From Geosiphon pyriformis uo1 (lineage: Eukaryota > Fungi > Glomeromycota), in assembly GCA_016748015.1 (NCBI GenBank), contig JAAOMT010000697.1, positions 825,152-889,151 of the forward strand: a stretch of 64,000 bases of DNA, read 5' to 3'. Every line of letters starts with the position of its first letter. Positions within the stretch are counted from its first letter, which is position 1. The notes under the pieces are model-generated. The model saw only the letters and a list, made by a program, of their open reading frames with translations, had not been told where the DNA came from and did not search any database. The position numbers were made by a program, and so were the translations under genes. Below, one piece after another: positions 57,698-64,000 of this stretch.

Positions 57698-58269
57698 GCA
57701 TTACATCTCCAGTCTTAATCTGATGTTAAATGATGTCAGTTCTGCCAAATTCATTTTCACTTGCAAAGATGTCATTAAAGTTGTTAAGTAATATCTTGAG
57801 CTGCATACATTGAAGTAGGTCTAAGTTTTCTAAATTCATCTGTTCCAATTGTTCTGTTTGGAGTAAATAACATTTTTCTCATTCATATATGATTTGTGAT
57901 GTGATATCCACATATCCACATAGTTGTGGAAAGTCTGGAATGGTGTTTGGAAGTTAATCTTCAATTTTGGTAGTTAAGTATCCAATGGTAATTCCTTTTA
58001 GTATTTTAATAATATCTTCTATATTGTTATAAATGGGAATTTTTATGTGTCTGTGGTTTTTGGCTGGTATGTATAGATTGACTAATCCAATCTTTCTTGA
58101 TTTACAAAGTGTTGTTTCTGCCTTAAAAATCTGAATCTGATCCTTTATTTTTCTTTCTATGACTACTATGTACTGGTCATATGGTGAAATAGAAATTGAT
58201 TGATAAGTGGAAATAATTTCTCTCTTGTCAATAACTTCTTTTTTTGCCATATTGACTGGTATTTCTATT

Positions 58270-58660
58270 CTACTTGTTGATCCAAATTCTTGTATCTCTC
58301 TTGCTGTTATTCTTAACTCTTCTCTATTTTCTATTAATATTAATTGAGCTATTTTAACCAGAGACAGGAATATTGCCTGTGCTATCTTTTTATTTGGCTC
58401 TATAATATAGGCTTTTTTTGAGTTATTTTGTAGCATAACAATAATATTTTCTACATATCTTGCATCAATTATTCCCTTTTTGATGTTGATTCCCTTTTTC
58501 ACTAAACTACTTCTGGATGCTAATTGAATCATTTTTGTTGCTAGAATTTCCAGTGCTATTTTAAGATTAATGCAGATGTGCAAGTGTAGTTCCAATTTAA
58601 TGGCCTTTTTTCTCAGATATCTCAGATCAAATCTTGTGTTAATATCATGTGTATGTTCTG
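58270..58660 (-). pseudogene. dUTPase domain, copy 2
   Basis: TRFDL, ASRSSLV, GIIDARYV, KIAQ, REIQEFGSTS. Confidence 0.9.
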
Positions 58661-61600
58661 GCATAATACCTTTGTCATTATTACTGAACCATTTAAGTTT
58701 CTGCTTCTTAGTGAGATCAAGAAGTGCAATGTATTGTTTGGATTTGAATTGGAATTTAAATCATCATAATTTTTGTTGCCATATTGGGCAGAGCTAGAAC
58801 TATTGTTTTCATCATCATTATTGTTAGAGTTTAAATTGGGATTAAAGGTTGATTCCAATTCTGATGTACAGCTACTAATTGGTTCATCTTCCTCTAGAAT
58901 TGTGTAGATCATACATGGTGGTAGATTGTAAATAAGGTCACACTTATTACAATATTGAAAGTCACATGGGATCAAACAGTAGTTATATAGTTAGGTGTTG
59001 ATTTCTTCCAAGTGTTGTTCTTGTTTTTTTCAAGTGTGTGCTAATTTTTAGTAGTGTTCATGGAATTGTTCTAGATCCAGGAGATTTATGACTGGTTTTG
59101 AGTTTCAGTTAAGTTCTATGAGTTCTGAAGAGTTATTTTTCACTATTATAATTTTCTTTGACAACACACTTTCAATTTTGGTGAGGGCTATTTGCCATAT
59201 TTTGTCATTGTTGTGTGGACAACCATTCAGACATTTTACTGTTATTTTCCAGACAGCTTCTATTGGTATCCTTTTCCTAATCCAGTTGCTTATTAGAATC
59301 ATGTATTAACACAATTTGTCACATGTTTCTCCTCGTTTAAAAATGTTATTCCATATTTCTTCATTTAGAAAAGTGTCTCCACAAGCCAAGCATGATTCAT
59401 TATTCTATTTTCCAACTTGTTTTGGTCTTCCAAAGCATTTAAGGACACATAGACAGCAATAGAATTTTGTTGTTATTGTATATTCCTTATTGTCACTATA
59501 GCATGCATCTATTGATAACAGTTTCTTGCCACAATTGATGCATATGAGCTTTGGTCAGCAATAGGTGGATCATTGTAATATAGTATAGGTATAGGAGTTA
59601 TAAGTGGTAATATTGGTGGGTGTTGTTTCTTTCTTCTTCTTTTTTCCTTTTCCCTTATTGCTTTCTTCCCTTTCCCAAGTTATTAGCTCTTTTTGGTTAT
59701 TGTTAGTTCTCTAGACTTGGTCGAAATTCCAGATAAATTCTTTTTTTTGCTTTTTTTTCCTATTGTCATCCCAAAAGAATATCAATAATAGCTTATTATG
59801 GTCTTCATTGGCCCATGAAACTTGGTAAGCTTCTCAGGTGGGTTTCTCTTCTTTTTTCTTGATTAGTGGTACTATTGTGGTATTGTTTGGTTTGAAGTGG
59901 CTACACGTGGCTGGTACTCTTATATGTTGTTTATCCTGACTGAACTGTAGTTTTTGTATGTTCTAGTCAAGCACAACATTGATTTTGACTAGCCAGTTAT
60001 TACCAACTAGTGCTTGGTACTGCATAGCTTTCATTACCAAAACCTTGATTGGTGTAATAATATCATTGACTTCAAATAGGAAAATTATCAATCTTACCAA
60101 TAGGAGTTTTGGTCGCTCTATCTGTCATTATTATCCTGGCACTGGCAGCATGATTAACTTGGTGATCTAATTGGTCCATGAGTTGTTTTGTAATGATGCT
60201 GTCAGCTGATCTACTATTTAAGATTAGTTTGATGGGATGATCATCTACTTTAGCATCTGTGTATATGGCAGTAATTGGTTTTTCTTTAAGCACAGCTCTA
60301 CTGAACAAAGACATAGATGCCAGTTCTTCAAGTTCAAACAGAAAAATTGCTACTAGTAATTTGTTGTTAGTAACAGTGGCTGGTGGTATGTTATTGGTAA
60401 GTGGTTGTATTTGTTTAATTTCTAAGTTGTTGAATGTGGCATCTTCTGGATTTATCAGGAGACTTAAATAGTTTTGAGAACTCAAGTTTTGAGTATACCC
60501 AGTTCCTGAACTCTGCTGACATGATCTTAATGATTGAGTTAAAGAACTGGAGATTGGTTGATGAACTACTATTGCCAATTTCCAACTTTGTTGTGTCATT
60601 CTTGGCCTTTGGGTTCTATTTTGAGATAAGTTTTGTGACAGTGTTTGGATGTATTATGGCTGATATAGTACTTGGGACTGTGGTTAATAGATAGGTTGTG
60701 GCTGCAGCTAATAAATTATGAGCATTGTTGGTTAATAAATTGGAGCTTGATATACTGGTGGTTGATAGATTGGCTGTTGTGTTATTTGAGTATAATAAGA
60801 TGAGTACTAATTCTGATTTGTATTTTAATTCAGAGTTTGAAATCTGCAATCAGAGTTTCAATATTGATTTCCTGATTATGAGTTATTATAAAAACAGCAG
60901 TCAATTCTCAAATGGTCTTGTTTACCACAATTGTGACAGATATGCGTTTCTTGATGCCATAGCTAATTGAATGATAATAATAAATACAACTGATTTTGGT
61001 AATAATTCATATTTCTGGAATTATTACATCATTGGAATGGCTGATAAATTGTGTGATTGTCAGCTAAGTATCCTTCTAATTTTTGATTAATTGAATTACT
61101 GAGTTGTTCCAATTTGGAATCCAAGTCAGATAATCTATTCATAACTAGGTTTACAGCTTGGGCATAGTTAGTCTCTAATTCAGCTAACTCAAAGTCTCTA
61201 GTCTGTGTAATTGTGTTTTGGGGTATTACTGGATGTAATGATCATATGCATTGGAGAAAACTACTGTGCAGACCATGAATAAACTGGTTTAGAATCTGTG
61301 GCACCATAAAATAATCAGCTTGGATTGCTTGAATTTGGTGTAAGTTCCTATGGAAATGTCCCAAGTAAGTGGTAACTGCTTCAGTTTCTTCTTGTTTGAT
61401 TGTAGTGAAGGCATTGGCTAGGTAATTAATACTGTTATTATTACTGAAATATCTCAAGAATGCAATTTTAAATTCTTAAAATGTTTGAGATTTGGTGGCT
61501 AAACTTTGATACCACAAGTTAGTGGTATTTTGAAAAAAATAGAGGATCACTTGAAGAGCTCTGTCATCATTCTATTCATTAGCTGCAATAGCTTTTTTTA

Positions 61601-62514
61601 CATTGTTGAGCCATACTTGAGTGTTATCTTCTTTATTAGTGAATTTTTTGATTTTGGTAATAAGTGCATATGCTATTAGTACTAATAGTAATTGTTGTTA
61701 TAATTGAAGTTGTTGTTGTAGTTGCTGAATCAGTTCAATAGGTGGTTGATTGATGACAATTTCTGGAGGTAAGTTTAGCTGATTAATTAAGTTAGGGTTT
61801 TGATTGTTCTGATTTTGCTGATTAATATTATCAGATTTGGATTGTTCAGGTTTTTAATTTCTGGGTTTTCTGAGATCAGGTTTTGATAATTAAATTCCTG
61901 ATCCTCTTCTTCTTTCTCTTCTTCTGATTCCGTTATTTCTCATGGATCAGCTGTTCCAAAGTCTGGTGGAGATGGTGGTAATTAAAGTTCTGATGGTGTT
62001 GGTAATCATTATTTAAATCTTTTAAAATATTTGCCATATGGTCCTAATAACTCTGCTCTTCTTTGTTTATTTTGGAATGGGGATCATCCAAAAATTGATG
62101 TCACATTTGATGTAGACGCATCTGCTGAAAAAATATTGATGGCACTTCCTAATGTATAATGATATAATAGATTGGTTGGTGATTTAATTTTGGTTTTCTT
62201 CCAAGTGGGTGGTTGTATCTTTTTGGATGTTACTACTGATGTTTGCAATTTTTTTTTGTCTCTGTTTGCATAGGTAATAGGGAATTGTTGTTGGGTATAC
62301 CTTTCAATGGTTTGATTGATTTCCCTGATAATTGGTGCAAAACTGTAGTTTCTTGGTAAGCTGATATGTTAAAACAATTCTGTATAGAAATTTTCTTTTG
62401 TGGATTCAATGTTAACTGTTCCTCCTAAGCAGTCTGTGATTTTATTGTTGACATAAAAGTTAAAAACTGATTCTGCTGAGAAATGGTTATTGTTTAATTC
62501 TAATTGTTGGCTGT

Positions 62515-63457
62515 TGTTACAGATGATTATTTGGGGTCTCAAATCAAATAACAAACTTATAACTTAGTGCTAGATTGATATTCTGGTGTTAATAATATTG
62601 GTTTCTGAAGGTTAACTGTATCTGAAGATTTGGTTATCTGAAGGTTTTGGTTGAGTTTTTTGTATAATAGACAGAGATTCAATAGTTGTTTTAGTAGTCT
62701 CCCAGAATTGCAATTCCATCAAATTTTTTTCTCAGCATGGTGGCCAGTAATCCTTCTGGTAAGCTATCCTTAAATCTATGAGTGTTCTACCCTTGTTTCA
62801 TAAGTCTTTTACCAGTCCCTATGATATCTGTAACTTAGCACTTTAATTTTTAATCAATTAGTCAATCAAAAAAAATACAAAAGAAAAATAAAAGAAAATA
62901 AAAGAAAAGAAATAAACAAAAGCAATTGCAAGTTAGTATTCCATCAATAGCCATAATTAAGAACTATTGTTCTAGTGTGGTTAAGTATCAATTACTATTA
63001 ACATAAAGTGTTGATAATAGAGAATGGATTGAAATAGTGAATAATTATTTATTAATATTCGTAAATGGAAGGTTGTTTAGATCAGATCTAAACTGGGAGA
63101 TCTTTAAATAAAAGATTCTAATAATTATGACTTGTGAGTCTAATTGACTCTGAGAGTTCTACTGACTTCCAGTCTTTCTGACTAATTTTCTAGCTTCTGA
63201 TACTACTGCTATATATACATAAATGAGATTTCTCAATTTCTCAATTCTTTACATCAGAAATCCTGAAATTTCTGAAATCCTGCAATTTTTGTTGAAAGGA
63301 ATTCTGGAATTTTGCAATTCCTTTATACGAGAATCCTGAAATTCCTGGAATTTTGTAATTCTTCTTGAGAAAAATCCTAGAATTCCACTTTTACTACATT
63401 TATTCTGATTGGCTAATTTATGTACTAATATTTAATTCCTATATTCTATGAGTAATA
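62515..63457 (-). repeat. 3' LTR of Gypsy copy 3 (943 bp)
   Basis: TATTAC (decayed)...GTAACA termini. Homologous to the other three LTRs with an extra segment of about 85 bp near 63100-63185. Confidence 0.9.
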
Positions 63458-64000
63458 TTATTCCTTTCTTTAATATTAAGCTCCTGTGAAATCTTCTAAA
63501 TCTCTCTTTTGTATCAATATTGTTGCTGTAATTTTTATTGCTATTTGTAAATTTAATTTTATACATGACTGGAGTTTTTTAACTATAGTGGTCTGTTCAA
63601 AATATTCATGTTCAAATCTTGCATCTGTATTATGTATATGTTTAGACATAATACCTTCATTATTATCACTAAATTTAGTTAATTTCTGCTCTATTGTAAG
63701 TTCTAAAAGCATAATATATTGTTTAGTGTTTGAAGCAGAGTTTGAATTGTTGTTGGTGGAGTTTAAATCATCATTGTTATTTAGTGAAGTTTGAATCATT
63801 GTCATCATTAGTGGAGTTTGAATTGGAATTAAGTTCCAATTCTGATTTTTGCTGATTGGCTCGTCTTCTTCAGAGTTCAAATATATGATGCATGAAAGTG
63901 GATTATAACTTAGGGCTGTCAGATAAGTTTTGATGATTTGTTGATCGATTTTGGTACTGCTGATTCTCAAATTTTTTTTTCTTCTCTAAGTCTTTTTCGT
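62515..64000 (-). mobile_element. 3' end of a third, internally deleted Gypsy copy nested in the gag of copy 2
   Basis: LTR 62515-63457 is preceded by a PPT and the family's 3'-terminal sequence, abuts gag codons with no PBS, and is joined to the N/D/S tract plus a partial dUTPase (ORF 63476-63970). Confidence 0.85.

Larger units (their letters stand above)
52762..62514 (-). mobile_element. Degenerate Ty3/Gypsy copy 2 (3' LTR to gag; true 5' LTR beyond the window)
   Basis: gag about 60900-62514, PR about 59960-60330, dUTPase about 58270-58660, RT split by a solo LTR, RNase H about 55690-56100, integrase about 54380-55560, PPT, 3' LTR. Confidence 0.95.

Noticed and set aside
62369-62554. Novel small ORF
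   Set aside because: Chimeric read-through from the LTR end into the interrupted gag.
52762-63457. Intact LTR-to-LTR element
   Set aside because: The second LTR has a PPT and no PBS, interrupts gag, and the flanks (ATGT versus TTAT) do not form a TSD.

Overview
Eukaryotic, intron-rich, AT-rich DNA. An early-diverging fungus, probably Glomeromycotina, is inferred from gene content, intron size and TE types; this is not proven. A compact island of 7 conserved spliced genes (23.1-45.4 kb: TMEM41-like, DHX33, MPP-beta, RAP1GDS1-like, GPATCH1, CARM1, CCT8) lies between two nests of heavily transition-mutated retroelements. Left nest: a Ty3/Gypsy element (1-6808) inserted in a LINE, an ORF1-only LINE derivative with a TSD, a full-length RNase H-bearing LINE with a TSD, and a deleted PIF/Harbinger-type DNA transposon. 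Right nest: LINE < Gypsy < (solo LTR + an internally deleted third Gypsy). The Gypsy family has an unusual architecture: gag - PR - multi-CxxC domain - N/D/S tract - dUTPase - RT - RH - IN - extra 3' ORF, with 4-bp TSDs and LTRs carrying a GGAATTCC array. No CRISPR, rRNA or tRNA genes were seen. All comparisons were made by eye, so internal domain coordinates are approximate.
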